Shown: positions 51,110 through 61,154 of the stretch, one piece after another
Numbering within the stretch: the first letter of the stretch is position 1
Layout: each line of letters begins with the position of its first letter
Assembly: GCA_963820525.1 (NCBI GenBank)
Contig: CAWGAA010000001.1
Location: 1,728,001 to 1,792,000 of the forward strand
Direction: 5' to 3'
Origin: an uncultured Spirochaetota bacterium
Lineage (GTDB): Bacteria > Spirochaetota > Spirochaetia > SZUA-6 > Fen-1364
Length of the DNA stretch: 64,000 nucleotides
Translations under genes and position numbers: made by a program
Notes under the pieces: generated by a model
The model's database searches: none
Seen by the model: only the letters and a program-made list of their open reading frames with translations
Told to the model about the DNA's origin: nothing

Positions 51110-52000
51110 CTACGACTCCTTCTTGAAGAAGCCGAAAGACCTGAGGGCGATGACGCTGACGACGAAAATCACGACCATCAGGACTATGCCGATGGCGGAG
51201 GCGAGTCCCATACTGCCGGTCTGAAAGCCCTTCTTGTATATCAGCCCGACCATTGTCAGGCCGACATTGTTCGGCGATTGACCCTGCCAGAAGATGAAAC
51301 TCTCCTCAAACATGGCGAACCCGCCGAAAATGCTTATCGTCGTGACGAAGATGATGGTGGGCTTCAACAGGGGGAGGGTGATATAGAACAACCGCCCGAA
51401 GGGATTCACTCCATCCATATCCGCGGCTTCGTAGAGCTCCGTGGGGATGGCCTGAAGGCCCGAGAGAAAGTATACGATGTTCACCCCCGTCCAGCGCCAC
51501 ACGGCGATCATGACCATGAGAAACATTGCCTGGGCGGCGCCGCCCAGAACCCAATCCGTGGCCCGTCCGCCCAGAGCCACGATCACCGCGTTGATGACCG
51601 CCCGTGGAGAGTAGGCGAACATGAGACGGAATATGGTCCCCGCGACGACGACCGAGACAAGCGAGGGAAGAAAAAACAGCGCGCGGTACACCGCGTTTGT
51701 CTTATGACGGGGAGTGTTGAGCATCACGGCGAGAATCACCGGTATGGGGATCAGTATGAGGATGGTAAGGGCCGTATATTTGAAGCTGTTGCCCAGCGCC
51801 TTGTAGAAATCCTCGGCGAACATCTTCATGTAGTTCGCGGTTCCGATGAACCGCGTCTCGCCGGGCACAACGTCCTGGAAGCTCATGATGACCGTTCCAA
51901 TGATCGGATACAGATAAAAGAGCAGGACCGAAATGATGAAAGGCAGCACAAAAACGTAGGGCGCTCTCCGCATCGAGCTGTAGAACACGCTCTGCTTCAC
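51110..52000 (-). CDS. Carbohydrate ABC permease (AraP-like)
   Basis: GLQAIPTELYEAADMDG. Confidence 0.9.
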   Translation of the reverse strand: MKQSVFYSSMRRAPYVFVLPFIISVLLFYLYPIIGTVIMSFQDVVPGETRFIGTANYMKMFAEDFYKALGNSFKYTALTILILIPIPVILAVMLNTPRHKTNAVYRALFFLPSLVSVVVAGTIFRLMFAYSPRAVINAVIVALGGRATDWVLGGAAQAMFLMVMIAVWRWTGVNIVYFLSGLQAIPTELYEAADMDGVNPFGRLFYITLPLLKPTIIFVTTISIFGGFAMFEESFIFWQGQSPNNVGLTMVGLIYKKGFQTGSMGLASAIGIVLMVVIFVVSVIALRSFGFFKKES

Positions 52001-52048
52001 GTTTGCTTACCTCCCCCGATCCGGTCTGTGGCGGCGGTCCAAACGAGA

Positions 52049-52074
52049 ACCGCGGGGGAGTGTTCCCCCGCGGT
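52049..52074. other. Intercistronic hairpin after the binding-protein gene
   Basis: ACCGCGGGGGA-GTGT-TCCCCCGCGGT; usual position for an mRNA-stabilising stem. Confidence 0.6.
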
Positions 52075-52096
52075 CCCCTCGGTCTTTGCGGACGCC

Positions 52097-53380
52097 CTAT
52101 TTCCGCAATTGCGCGGCGGCGTCTTTCAGGGCTTGAGCCGGAGTCTTGGACTGTTCCACAAGAACTTGATAGGAAACGTTGCGCTTGAGGATGTCGATGA
52201 TCTCGGGATAGTTGCCGCTTACGTTCGTGGTGTTGAGCGCGTCTTTCACGGCCACCATCATGCCGAAGATATCATTGTTCTGGAAGTATCGCGTGAACTT
52301 GTTCGGCTCTCTCATGGCGGGGTCGGTCCACACGTCCCAGCGCATGGGGTCGAAGCCGAGCTGCTGCCAGATCGCTAAATTGGCTTCCTTGGATCCCTTC
52401 ACCCATACCAGGAACTTCTTGGCGAGGTTGATGTTCTTGCTCTGCAGGGTGACCGCCGTGCCCGTGCCGCCCATACCTGTCGAGAGGAACTTGCTCTTGA
52501 TGCCGTTCACGGATCCGTCGAAGATCGGCATGGGGCGAATCGCCATTTTCCCCTTCAGGTCCGGCATGTAGTCGGTGAACCGGCCCATGTACCAGAGGGG
52601 CATCCAGATGGAGGCGGCCCCGCCGTCGTTCATGAACCCGTAGTACTGCTCATTATGGTGGAAGCCGCCCGGCGTCCCGATGGCGATCTTGTACTTGTAC
52701 ACCATGTCGGAGAGCATCTGCAGAACCCTGATGTTGGTGTCATTGTCCAGGATCACCTTGTTGTTCTTGTCCAGGACGTCGGAGCCGGCAAGGGAGAACA
52801 GGGGATAGACCGACCAGTGCTCGGTGGTTTCCAGGGTGCACATGGGCTTTCCGGTCTTTGCCACGACCTGCTGGCCGGCCTTGATGTAGTCGCTCCATGT
52901 CTTGATCTTGTCGATGTCGACGCCCGCTTCCTTGCAGATTTCATTGTTGTAGTACATGACCTCCATGCCGACATGGAAATCGATCCCGTAATACTTCCCG
53001 CCCTTCTGGTAGAGCGCCAGGCGCGATTGGAAAAATTTGCTCTTGATGGGATCGAGCAGGTCATTCAGCGGGGCGAGCTGGATTTTTCCCTTGAGATAGT
53101 TGGCGAACTTGCTCACCTCGATGTCAGCCAGGTCGGGAGCACCCACCCCGGACTGGAGGGCTACCAGGAGCTTGTTGTGCAGGTCGTCATAAGGAAACAC
53201 CTCTGGCTTCAGCACGATCTGCTGATTGGGGTTTTCCTGGTTCCACACCGGAACCATGCTCTGGTAATAGTTCGCGTGGAGCTCCTGGAAGGTCCAGAGG
53301 GAGAGCTCTGTCTCCTGCGCGAACACGCCCAGAACCGGCAGCAATGTGAGAAGAAGCAGCAACACTACCAGTTTGCGCAT
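52097..53380 (-). CDS. Arabino-oligosaccharide ABC substrate-binding protein (AraN-like)
   Basis: WTFQELH, HNKLLVALQSGVGAPD, GMGGTGTAV; locus context. Confidence 0.88.
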   Translation of the reverse strand: MRKLVVLLLLLTLLPVLGVFAQETELSLWTFQELHANYYQSMVPVWNQENPNQQIVLKPEVFPYDDLHNKLLVALQSGVGAPDLADIEVSKFANYLKGKIQLAPLNDLLDPIKSKFFQSRLALYQKGGKYYGIDFHVGMEVMYYNNEICKEAGVDIDKIKTWSDYIKAGQQVVAKTGKPMCTLETTEHWSVYPLFSLAGSDVLDKNNKVILDNDTNIRVLQMLSDMVYKYKIAIGTPGGFHHNEQYYGFMNDGGAASIWMPLWYMGRFTDYMPDLKGKMAIRPMPIFDGSVNGIKSKFLSTGMGGTGTAVTLQSKNINLAKKFLVWVKGSKEANLAIWQQLGFDPMRWDVWTDPAMREPNKFTRYFQNNDIFGMMVAVKDALNTTNVSGNYPEIIDILKRNVSYQVLVEQSKTPAQALKDAAAQLRK

Positions 53381-53473
53381 CTTTCACTCCTTTTTTGCTG
53401 TTCAGCTGAACAGACTCTATAAATCGCCTGAACTCCATGGTTCAAGCATCATCGGGCAACGCCCTGGATGCCG

Positions 53474-53502
53474 ATTCTAAGGTAGGCACAGGTATTTGTC
53501 AA
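53474..53502 (-). promoter_or_regulatory. sigma70 promoter of the arabinan operon
   Basis: TTGACA-17 nt-TAGAAT on the minus strand. Confidence 0.8.
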
Positions 53503-53604
53503 GTTAATTATGATAAAGACCAGATTTATGGATTTATTTATGTAAAATAACAAACTTTGCCGTTAGAAAATGATTTTTAGCCAATTTATATCTCTAATAA
53601 CTCT

Positions 53605-53631
53605 ATATGTATCATATTTAATGATACATAT
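53605..53631. promoter_or_regulatory. Palindromic putative operator
   Basis: ATATGTATCAT-ATTTA-ATGATACATAT. Confidence 0.55.
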
Positions 53632-53668
53632 CCTCATTTCTTAGCACAAAATTGCTCTAAAATGATCC

Positions 53669-53697
53669 TTGCAATAAATCTGATTTTCTGATATTCT
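53669..53697 (+). promoter_or_regulatory. sigma70 promoter of the regulator gene
   Basis: TTGCAA-17 nt-TATTCT. Confidence 0.7.
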
Positions 53698-53720
53698 ATC
53701 AAAATTAGAGAGCAAATAGA

Positions 53721-54644
53721 ATGAGCGGCCAAAACATCCTGATCATCAATCCCCTCGAAGATGGCGGTATTCTCAAAGGCCTGGCGTCCGAGATGCGGGT
53801 ACGGATCCTCGAGCTGCTTCACTCCCAGAGCTTGAACGTCAATGAACTGACTCAGGCCCTCGGCATGCCGCAGTCCACGGTGGCTACCAACGTTCAGATC
53901 CTCGAGAACGCGGGACTGATACGCACGGAGACCGTCAAGGCAAAGAAGGGAAGCCAGAAGATCTGCCACAGCATGTATTACGAGATTCTGATCCAGTTCC
54001 CTCAAGCGAAGAAGCCGGAGGACGACCTTATCGAAGTCGAAATGCCCATCGGCCTCTTCACCAGCTTCGAAGTCTCCCCGCCCTGCGGGCTGTGCTCCAC
54101 GGACGCCATCATCGGCTTCCTCGACGTTCCCGACGATTTTCTCAACCCCGGACGGATGAAAGCGGGGCTGCTCTGGTTCGAAAAGGGATTCGTCGAGTAC
54201 AAGTTTCCCAACAACAGCCTCTACAAGGAAAAGCCGGTAAAGAAGATCGAGCTCTCCGTGGAGCTTTCCTCGGAAACTCCGGGAACCGACAAGAACTGGC
54301 TCTCCGATATCACCCTATGGATCAATGACGTGGAAATCGGCTACTGGACATCGCCGGGAGACTACGGCGACAAGAGAGGAAAGCTCACTCCCCTGTGGTG
54401 GAAGCTGGAAGGCTCCCAGTACGGCCTGCTCAAGCATTGGATCGTCACGGAAGAGGGCTCATACGTCGATGGGGTTCGCATCTCGGACGTGAAGCTCAAA
54501 GACCTCGACCTGCCCGCGCACCATTCGATCCGCGTCAGGATCGGAGTCAAGGAGAACGCCGAGCACCTCGGCGGCATGAACATCTTCGGCAGGGGCTTCG
54601 GAAACTACGACCAGGATCTGATCCTCAGGCTGCACTTCAGCTAA
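53721..54644 (+). CDS. ArsR-type HTH regulator with large C-terminal beta domain
   Basis: LASEMRVRILELL...QSTVATNVQILE; PPCGL, SPGDYG, SQYGLLK. Confidence 0.85.
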   Translation: MSGQNILIINPLEDGGILKGLASEMRVRILELLHSQSLNVNELTQALGMPQSTVATNVQILENAGLIRTETVKAKKGSQKICHSMYYEILIQFPQAKKPEDDLIEVEMPIGLFTSFEVSPPCGLCSTDAIIGFLDVPDDFLNPGRMKAGLLWFEKGFVEYKFPNNSLYKEKPVKKIELSVELSSETPGTDKNWLSDITLWINDVEIGYWTSPGDYGDKRGKLTPLWWKLEGSQYGLLKHWIVTEEGSYVDGVRISDVKLKDLDLPAHHSIRVRIGVKENAEHLGGMNIFGRGFGNYDQDLILRLHFS

Positions 54645-55657
54645 TTCGGATCGAGGGGCTCCCCGGGGAGCGGCCATCCGTCCTCCGTCCAGGTTATCCG
54701 GCGGACCCGAAGCACCGCCGTTCCCCCCCGTCTCGCGTCATACACGTGATGGATGAGCCAATACATCCCGCCATCCTGGAGCACCGCGTTGTGCCCGGGG
54801 CCGTGATCGTCGCCAGCGGTCTCGAGGATGACGGTCCCGCCTCCGCTCATCATCTGCCCGCCCTCACGGTCCACGTAGGGTCCCGTGATCCGGGGCGAGC
54901 GTCCAACCGCGATCTTGTAGTCGCTGCGCGTCCGTCGACAGCAGTAGTCGAAGGACACGAACAGGTAGAAGAACCCTTCCCTGCGGATTATGTAGGGAGC
55001 CTCGATGGGGTCGTTTTCCACGCCCGGGCGGGCGGCAAGGGACAAGAGCTCGGGCGGGTTTTTCAAGGGCCTGCCCGATTGGGGATCCATCTCCGTCATC
55101 TTGATGCCGCCCCAGAAAGAGCCGAATATAAGCCAGTATCGACCCGTCGCATCCACGGCGAGATTGGGATCGATCGCGTTCCAGAAATCCCTGCCGGGCA
55201 GCGACTCGATCACCTTGCCCAGGTCCGTCCAGCGGTAATCGGGGCTCTTCGGGTCCAGGGTCGGGCTCACGGCGAGGCCGATGCAGGATCGGTTCTGACC
55301 GAACGAGGATACGGCGTAATACAGGTGGTAACTGCCGTTGAAATACGAGATATCGGGCGCCCAGAGATCCCCGTTGAATCCGGGCACATCCTGCCAGGCC
55401 CAATCAGGAGCCTTGCCGAACACCGGCCCCACGTACTCCCATTTGATGAAATCCTTGGTCCGGCTTACGGGAATCCCTTGTCCCGTCGAGAACACGTAGT
55501 AGTACTCCCCCTCCTTGATGGCGGAGGGATCGTGGGCTGCCATCGTCGCCCCCGCGCTCATCAGGGGAAAGGCGAGAAACAATGCGGCAAAAAGGCCGCG
55601 CGGCGAAATGCCGTCCGCCCGAATCCCCGACGCTTTCCTTCGTGAACCCGCTTTCAT
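54641..55657 (-). CDS. Endo-1,5-alpha-L-arabinanase GH43
   Basis: AHDPS, WAPDI, NAIDP, FGSFWGGIK, IEAP, GPGHN. Confidence 0.9.
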   Translation of the reverse strand: MKAGSRRKASGIRADGISPRGLFAALFLAFPLMSAGATMAAHDPSAIKEGEYYYVFSTGQGIPVSRTKDFIKWEYVGPVFGKAPDWAWQDVPGFNGDLWAPDISYFNGSYHLYYAVSSFGQNRSCIGLAVSPTLDPKSPDYRWTDLGKVIESLPGRDFWNAIDPNLAVDATGRYWLIFGSFWGGIKMTEMDPQSGRPLKNPPELLSLAARPGVENDPIEAPYIIRREGFFYLFVSFDYCCRRTRSDYKIAVGRSPRITGPYVDREGGQMMSGGGTVILETAGDDHGPGHNAVLQDGGMYWLIHHVYDARRGGTAVLRVRRITWTEDGWPLPGEPLDPN

Positions 55658-55667
55658 AGGTGAACCC

Positions 55668-56705
55668 CTACTGCCCTTGGAGCACTTCGATCATCGCCGC
55701 GACGTTCTCCGCCCTGGCGTCCTTGGGGATGTCGTGGGCGGGAGAGGCGATATAGCCGCCCTTCTCCCCCACTCCCTCGATGAGCCGCCTCACCTCGTCC
55801 TTCACCTGCTGGACGGTGCCGTAGGGAAGCGTTTTCTGCGTGCTGATGCCGCCGAAGAAGCTTATCCGATCGCCGTAGCGCCGCTTGATGTCGTAGACGT
55901 CCATCACCTCGGGCTGGAAGGGATTGAACACGTCCACCCCGCACTCGATGAAGTCCGGGAAAAGCTCGTCCACCTTGCCGCAGGAGTGGATGAAGACCTT
56001 CCTGCCCGCCGCCTTCACGGCGGCATAGAGCCTGGCGATCCTGGGCTTGAGGAACTCGCGCCAGAGGGGGGGGCCCATGAGCAGGCCGCGCTGCTGGCCC
56101 CAGTCGTCGCCGAAGCGCATGCCGTCGATGTCAAAGGAGAGGGCGTTCTTCACGACGGCCAGGTCGTACTCCAGTATGGCGTCGAACAGGGAATTGGCGA
56201 AATCCTTGTCCTCGATCATCGCCACCAGGATGTTCTCCATCCCCGCCAGCGTCCATGCGCGCTCGAAAAGGGAGAATCCCAATGAGGCCACGACGAACGT
56301 GTCCCCCCGACGGGAAATCTCATCGGGGAAGCCCGAGAAGCGGGAAGGCGCCTCGGGATCGGGGAAGGCGTACTGCCTGAAGTTTTCCGGGGTGACCCGC
56401 TGGTTCGACACCGTGCCGATATCGACGTCCACCCTCCTGTCCCAGAGCACGCCGAACTCGTCCGCCCAGATCCCCGGACGGTCGGGAAGCTCGATCTCGG
56501 GGAGGCTCGTGGAGAGGATGGTGAGGCAGTTGCCGAGCGAGTCTTCGAAGTTGTCCCTGCCGAAATACTGCGCCATGGTCCGGCGGGCCGGCTCGGTGAA
56601 GCTGATGTGGTACGGCGTGACATCCGGCTGCCGGTGATCCAATGCGGCGATCACCCGCTCTCTCGGGGTGGCGGCAGGGGCCCGCCCGCCCTGGCCGGCG
56701 TTCAT
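55668..56705 (-). CDS. Uroporphyrinogen decarboxylase/methyltransferase family protein
   Basis: TPRERV...H..PD, GDDWG, HSCG, FFGGISTQ. Confidence 0.85.
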   Translation of the reverse strand: MNAGQGGRAPAATPRERVIAALDHRQPDVTPYHISFTEPARRTMAQYFGRDNFEDSLGNCLTILSTSLPEIELPDRPGIWADEFGVLWDRRVDVDIGTVSNQRVTPENFRQYAFPDPEAPSRFSGFPDEISRRGDTFVVASLGFSLFERAWTLAGMENILVAMIEDKDFANSLFDAILEYDLAVVKNALSFDIDGMRFGDDWGQQRGLLMGPPLWREFLKPRIARLYAAVKAAGRKVFIHSCGKVDELFPDFIECGVDVFNPFQPEVMDVYDIKRRYGDRISFFGGISTQKTLPYGTVQQVKDEVRRLIEGVGEKGGYIASPAHDIPKDARAENVAAMIEVLQGQ

Positions 56706-56706
56706 C

Positions 56707-58479
56707 CTACTCCTTGTCCTTCACCACCTTGAGGTGAAGCTCGGCGAGCTGCCGCTCGTCGACCTCTGAGGGAGAGTCGTCCATGGGACACACTCCGAGG
56801 GTGTTCTTGGGGAAGGCAATGACGTCCCTGATCGTGCTCTCCCCCGCCATGAGCGCCACAAGCCTGTCGAAACCCGGCGCGATTCCGCCGTGCGGCGGCG
56901 GACCGTAGCGGAATGCTTCCAGGAGGAAGCCGAATCTCCGCGCCGCCTCCTCGTCCGAGATCCCCAGGAAGCGGAAGACGCGCTTCTGGAGCTCCGGGTC
57001 GTGGATCCTGATGGAGCCGGAGGCCAGCTCCACACCGTTTCCGACGAGGTCGTAGAGGTCTCCCTTCACCTCGCCGGGCCGCTTCTCGAAATCCGCGAGG
57101 AAGCGGTCCTGCGGCATGGTGAACATGTGATGGGCGGGGTTCCACTTCTTCTCATCCGCGTTCCACTCGAAGAGGGGGAAATCGACGATCCAGCAGAACA
57201 TGAAGTCCTTGGCGTCCGCCAGCCCCAGCTCGCGGCCGAGCTGAAGGCGCACGGCGCCCAGCGAGGTGCATGCCTTTCTCCAATCGGCCCCCACCAGGAG
57301 AATGAGGTCTCCCGGTTTTGCGCCAAGGGCGGAGACGATGGCGGCGGCCTGCTGCGTATAGAACTTGGAAATCCCGCCGTCCAGGCCGCCCTCGGTCACC
57401 TTCATGGATGCAAGGCCCGCGGCTCCGTACACCTTGGCCGTCTGCTCCAGCTCCCCGATTTTCTTGCGGGAAAACTCCCCGCAGCCCGGCGCCACGATGG
57501 CCTTCACGGCGCCGCCCTCCGCAATCGTCTTCTTGAAGACCTCGAAGCCGCCCTTCTTCGCGAAGGGCGTGAAATCTGCGAGCTCCATGGCGAAGCGGAG
57601 GTCGGGCTTGTCTGAGCCGTAGAGGTTCATCGCGTCGTCATAGGCAAGCCGCTGGAAGGGGACCTTCAGGTTCACGCCCATAGTCTTGGAGAAGATGTGC
57701 CCGAAAAGCCCCTCGACGAGCTCGAACACATCTTCGCGGCCCACGAAGCTCATCTCGATGTCGATCTGGGTGAACTCGGGCTGGCGGTCGCCGCGGGCGT
57801 CCTCGTCGCGGAAGCAGCGGGCGATCTGGAAGTATCTGTCGAAGCCGGAGACCATGAGGATCTGCTTATACAGCTGCGGCGACTGCGGCAGGGCATAGAA
57901 CTTCCCCGGGTTGATTCGAGAGGGAACGAGGAAGTCCCGGGCGCCCTCCGGAGTCGACTTGATGAACATGGGGGTGTCGATCTCGAAGAACCCTCTGCCG
58001 ACCAGGTACTCTCGAGCGGCAAAGGCCACCTTGTGGCGAAGCTCGATGTTCCTCTGCATGGCGAAGGTCCGGAGGTCGATGTAGCGGTAGGTGAAGCGCA
58101 GGTCCTCCCGCGCATCCGCCCTTTCATCCACCATGAACGGAAGAACCTCCGAGCGGCTCAATATCTGGATGCTCTGCGCCTTGACCTCGATCTCTCCGGT
58201 TGAAAGCTTCGGGTTGACCATGGCGGGCGGGCGGGGGCGAACGGTCCCTTCCACGGCGATGCAATACTCGAACTTGAGCTCCGCCCCGAGGGCGCGAAGC
58301 TCCGGGGATGCGTCGGCGTCGATCACGACCTGGGTCACCCCGTAGCGGTCCCGCAGGTCCACGAAGCGGATGCCGCCGTGGTCGCGGTGCCTGTGAACCC
58401 AGCCGTTGAGAACTACGCCTTTTCCGTCATCCGCCTTTCTCAGGGCTCCGCAGGTGACGGTTCTCTTCATCCGTTCCAT
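56707..58479 (-). CDS. aspS: Aspartate--tRNA ligase
   Basis: STPEGARDFLVP, LPQSPQ, CFRDED, PPHGGIAPG, IRDVIAFPK. Confidence 0.97.
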   Translation of the reverse strand: MERMKRTVTCGALRKADDGKGVVLNGWVHRHRDHGGIRFVDLRDRYGVTQVVIDADASPELRALGAELKFEYCIAVEGTVRPRPPAMVNPKLSTGEIEVKAQSIQILSRSEVLPFMVDERADAREDLRFTYRYIDLRTFAMQRNIELRHKVAFAAREYLVGRGFFEIDTPMFIKSTPEGARDFLVPSRINPGKFYALPQSPQLYKQILMVSGFDRYFQIARCFRDEDARGDRQPEFTQIDIEMSFVGREDVFELVEGLFGHIFSKTMGVNLKVPFQRLAYDDAMNLYGSDKPDLRFAMELADFTPFAKKGGFEVFKKTIAEGGAVKAIVAPGCGEFSRKKIGELEQTAKVYGAAGLASMKVTEGGLDGGISKFYTQQAAAIVSALGAKPGDLILLVGADWRKACTSLGAVRLQLGRELGLADAKDFMFCWIVDFPLFEWNADEKKWNPAHHMFTMPQDRFLADFEKRPGEVKGDLYDLVGNGVELASGSIRIHDPELQKRVFRFLGISDEEAARRFGFLLEAFRYGPPPHGGIAPGFDRLVALMAGESTIRDVIAFPKNTLGVCPMDDSPSEVDERQLAELHLKVVKDKE

Positions 58480-58499
58480 GGAGCCGACTATAGCCGGGA

Positions 58500-58515
58500 T
58501 GGCACGGGGATTGCA
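58500..58515 (+). promoter_or_regulatory. sigma54 (-24/-12) consensus site upstream of the ABC operon
   Basis: TGGCACGGGGATTGCA (GG-N10-GC). Confidence 0.5.
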
Positions 58516-58637
58516 AGAATGCGGGCCGCGGCCCCGAAGTGGCGCGCTGTTTTTGTCTTCCCCTGCCCTCTTGCGTACATTAGAGTGAGTGAATAAGTAT
58601 TGAAGAGATGAGAAATCCGCTGAAGAGGAGCGTTCGA

Positions 58638-61151
58638 ATGAACAAAAGGATCATCGCTGCGGCGCTTTTCTTCTGCGCGGCCGCGTTCGCATTTTCCCAG
58701 GGCGCGAAGAAGGGCCCCCTCGTGGACCGCGTCTACTTCGACATCAGGATCCAGCAGGACATTGCCATCAAGGACACGGCGGAAGGCAAGACCGACGTCT
58801 TCCTCTATGGCGTCCAGGGCAACGACTACCGCGCCCTGTCCGAGGACACCCGGGACAAGCTGGACGACTACGAGATCCCCTCCGGTTCGTGGTCTCTGGA
58901 GTTCAATCCCGTGCCCAACGCGGCGCCGTACACGGTCACGGTGGGTGCGAGGACGTTCTTCAATCCCTTCGCCATCCGTGAGGTGCGCTTCGCCATGAAC
59001 TTCCTCGTCAACAGGAAGTACATCGTGGACGAGATCCTGGGTGGGAGCGGGGCTTCCATGTTCACCATGGCCACCCCGGGGCAGCCCGGCACCTTCCGCT
59101 ACAACCTCATTCCGCCGCGGCTTGGGTTCACGGCAACGGGCAATGAGAAGCAGGCCATCGCGGACATCACCGCCGCCATCGCCAAGGCATCCGAGCTTCC
59201 CGAGCTCCAGGGCAAGCTCGTGAAGGAGGGAGACTGGTGGATGTTCGACGGCGAGCCCGTCTCGGTGAAGTTCCTCATCAGGGTTGACGAGCCGAACGGC
59301 AGATTGAAGGAAGGCAGGTACATCGCGGACCAGATCGAAAAGGCCGGCATCAAGGTGGAGCGGCTGGAGTACGACAGACGGAAGTGCATCACCCTCGCCT
59401 ATGACGGAAACCCGGCCGACTACCAGTGGAATATCTACACGGAGGGCTGGGGGGCCGGAGCAACCCGCGCATGGTGGGACAACATCGTGGCGCAGGCCTA
59501 CGCCCCATGGGTAGGAAACATGCCCGGCGGCCAAAAACCTGAGTTCTGGAACTATGCAAACCGCGAGATAGACAGGCTGACGCAGAAGATACAAAACGGC
59601 CAGTTCATCGGCGAGGCCGACTACTGGGATTCCATCCTCAGGGCAACGGAGTTGGGAATCCGGGACGCGGTACGCGTGTATATCTGCGACCAGGACCAGT
59701 TCTACCTGGCCAACAAGGCCCGCTTCAACCAGCGGATGGTCTACGGCCTGGGGGACGGCCTGGACGACTGGTCCCTCGTCACGGCGGACGTGAAGCCGGA
59801 GAAGAACAGCGGGGAGAAGATCCTCCATGTCACGCAGCTTTCCGCCAAGGGATCTCTTTTCATGGGAGCGTGGGACCCCGTGGGGGTGGACGGGTTCAAC
59901 GACATGTACAGCCTCAACGTGGTCCAGGCGTGCGCCGACATGGGCTCCTTCGAATCGCCCGTCACCGCGCTTGACACGCCATGGCGCGTGAGCTGGAAAG
60001 ACGTTCAGTCCAGCGTCAAAGCGGGTAAGGATGGCACCCTGGCAGGCCAGATCCCCGTGCCGGAGGACGCCGTTCTCTACGCCTCCGCCTCCAAGACATG
60101 GAAGAAGGTGGGACCCGGGGTGACATCCTTCAGCAAGGCCACCTACACCTACAAGTGGGGCAAGTGGCACACGGGAAGGCCCATCACGATCGCGGACATC
60201 ATGTACGCACAGGCCTTCACCGTGGAGTGGATGAACAAGGATGGGCCCGATGACAGGTACTACGACGCCACCTACGAGTCCAGCGTAAAGCCCGGACAGC
60301 AGACGCTCAAGGGGATCGTGCTGAACAAGGACGGCACGTTCACCACCTATTACAATTTCAACCATATCTCGAAGGAGAGGATCGGCGCCTCGGGCTCCCT
60401 CGGCCTGTCCACGTACGGAGCCGCCCATCCCGTGCTCGTGTCGTGGGAGATCTCGGAAGCGCTTTCCAAGATGGTGGCGGAAGGGAGCAAGTCCGGCACC
60501 GCGTGGAGCTTCTCCTCGGACCCGGCCTTTACCGAGGTCGACGTGCTCAACCCCAAGTGCCTCGACGACATCAAGGCCAAGCTCCAGGAGTTCAAGGCGG
60601 CCCGCTACGTGCCGGGCCCGATCAGGCAGTGGAAGACGGCCGCGGAGGCGGTTGCCAGCTACGATGCGTCTATCGCGTGGATCGACGCCCACAAGAACGC
60701 CTACATCTCCAACGGTCCTTTCTTCATCAACAACGTGGACCTCTCCTCCGGCTTCGTAGAGCTTCGGGCCAACCGGGATCCCAGCTATCCCTTCGAGGCA
60801 GGCTACTGGAACAGGGCCTTCCGCACGGTGACCTCGCGGATCGACGCGGTCGAGCCCCCCGCTTTTGCCACGCACGGCCTTGAGGCCTCCATCACGGTGA
60901 GGGTATCCCAGGTGGACTATCCCGCCGGAACGGCCAAGCCGGCCGGCGCTTCCACCCGGGTGAGCCTGAGCCTTGTCTCCCCGGCGGGAGAGAAGGTGTT
61001 CAAGGCAGCGTACCTGCGGCCCGGCGTGTTCGTCGTGAAGATCCCGGCCGCCGACATGAACCTTGCGGCGGGAAGCTACACCATCGTCGCGCAGTCAGCG
61101 GTCGGCGCCGAATCGCCCTCCGTGGCGCCGGCGTCGCTGAACGTGTTCTAG
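58638..61151 (+). CDS. Large family-5 (Opp/Dpp-type) ABC substrate-binding protein
   Basis: Signal peptide; FNPFAIREVRFAMNFLVNR, YTEGW, KWHTGRPITIADI, ISNGPF. Confidence 0.88.
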   Translation: MNKRIIAAALFFCAAAFAFSQGAKKGPLVDRVYFDIRIQQDIAIKDTAEGKTDVFLYGVQGNDYRALSEDTRDKLDDYEIPSGSWSLEFNPVPNAAPYTVTVGARTFFNPFAIREVRFAMNFLVNRKYIVDEILGGSGASMFTMATPGQPGTFRYNLIPPRLGFTATGNEKQAIADITAAIAKASELPELQGKLVKEGDWWMFDGEPVSVKFLIRVDEPNGRLKEGRYIADQIEKAGIKVERLEYDRRKCITLAYDGNPADYQWNIYTEGWGAGATRAWWDNIVAQAYAPWVGNMPGGQKPEFWNYANREIDRLTQKIQNGQFIGEADYWDSILRATELGIRDAVRVYICDQDQFYLANKARFNQRMVYGLGDGLDDWSLVTADVKPEKNSGEKILHVTQLSAKGSLFMGAWDPVGVDGFNDMYSLNVVQACADMGSFESPVTALDTPWRVSWKDVQSSVKAGKDGTLAGQIPVPEDAVLYASASKTWKKVGPGVTSFSKATYTYKWGKWHTGRPITIADIMYAQAFTVEWMNKDGPDDRYYDATYESSVKPGQQTLKGIVLNKDGTFTTYYNFNHISKERIGASGSLGLSTYGAAHPVLVSWEISEALSKMVAEGSKSGTAWSFSSDPAFTEVDVLNPKCLDDIKAKLQEFKAARYVPGPIRQWKTAAEAVASYDASIAWIDAHKNAYISNGPFFINNVDLSSGFVELRANRDPSYPFEAGYWNRAFRTVTSRIDAVEPPAFATHGLEASITVRVSQVDYPAGTAKPAGASTRVSLSLVSPAGEKVFKAAYLRPGVFVVKIPAADMNLAAGSYTIVAQSAVGAESPSVAPASLNVF

Positions 61152-61154
61152 CCG

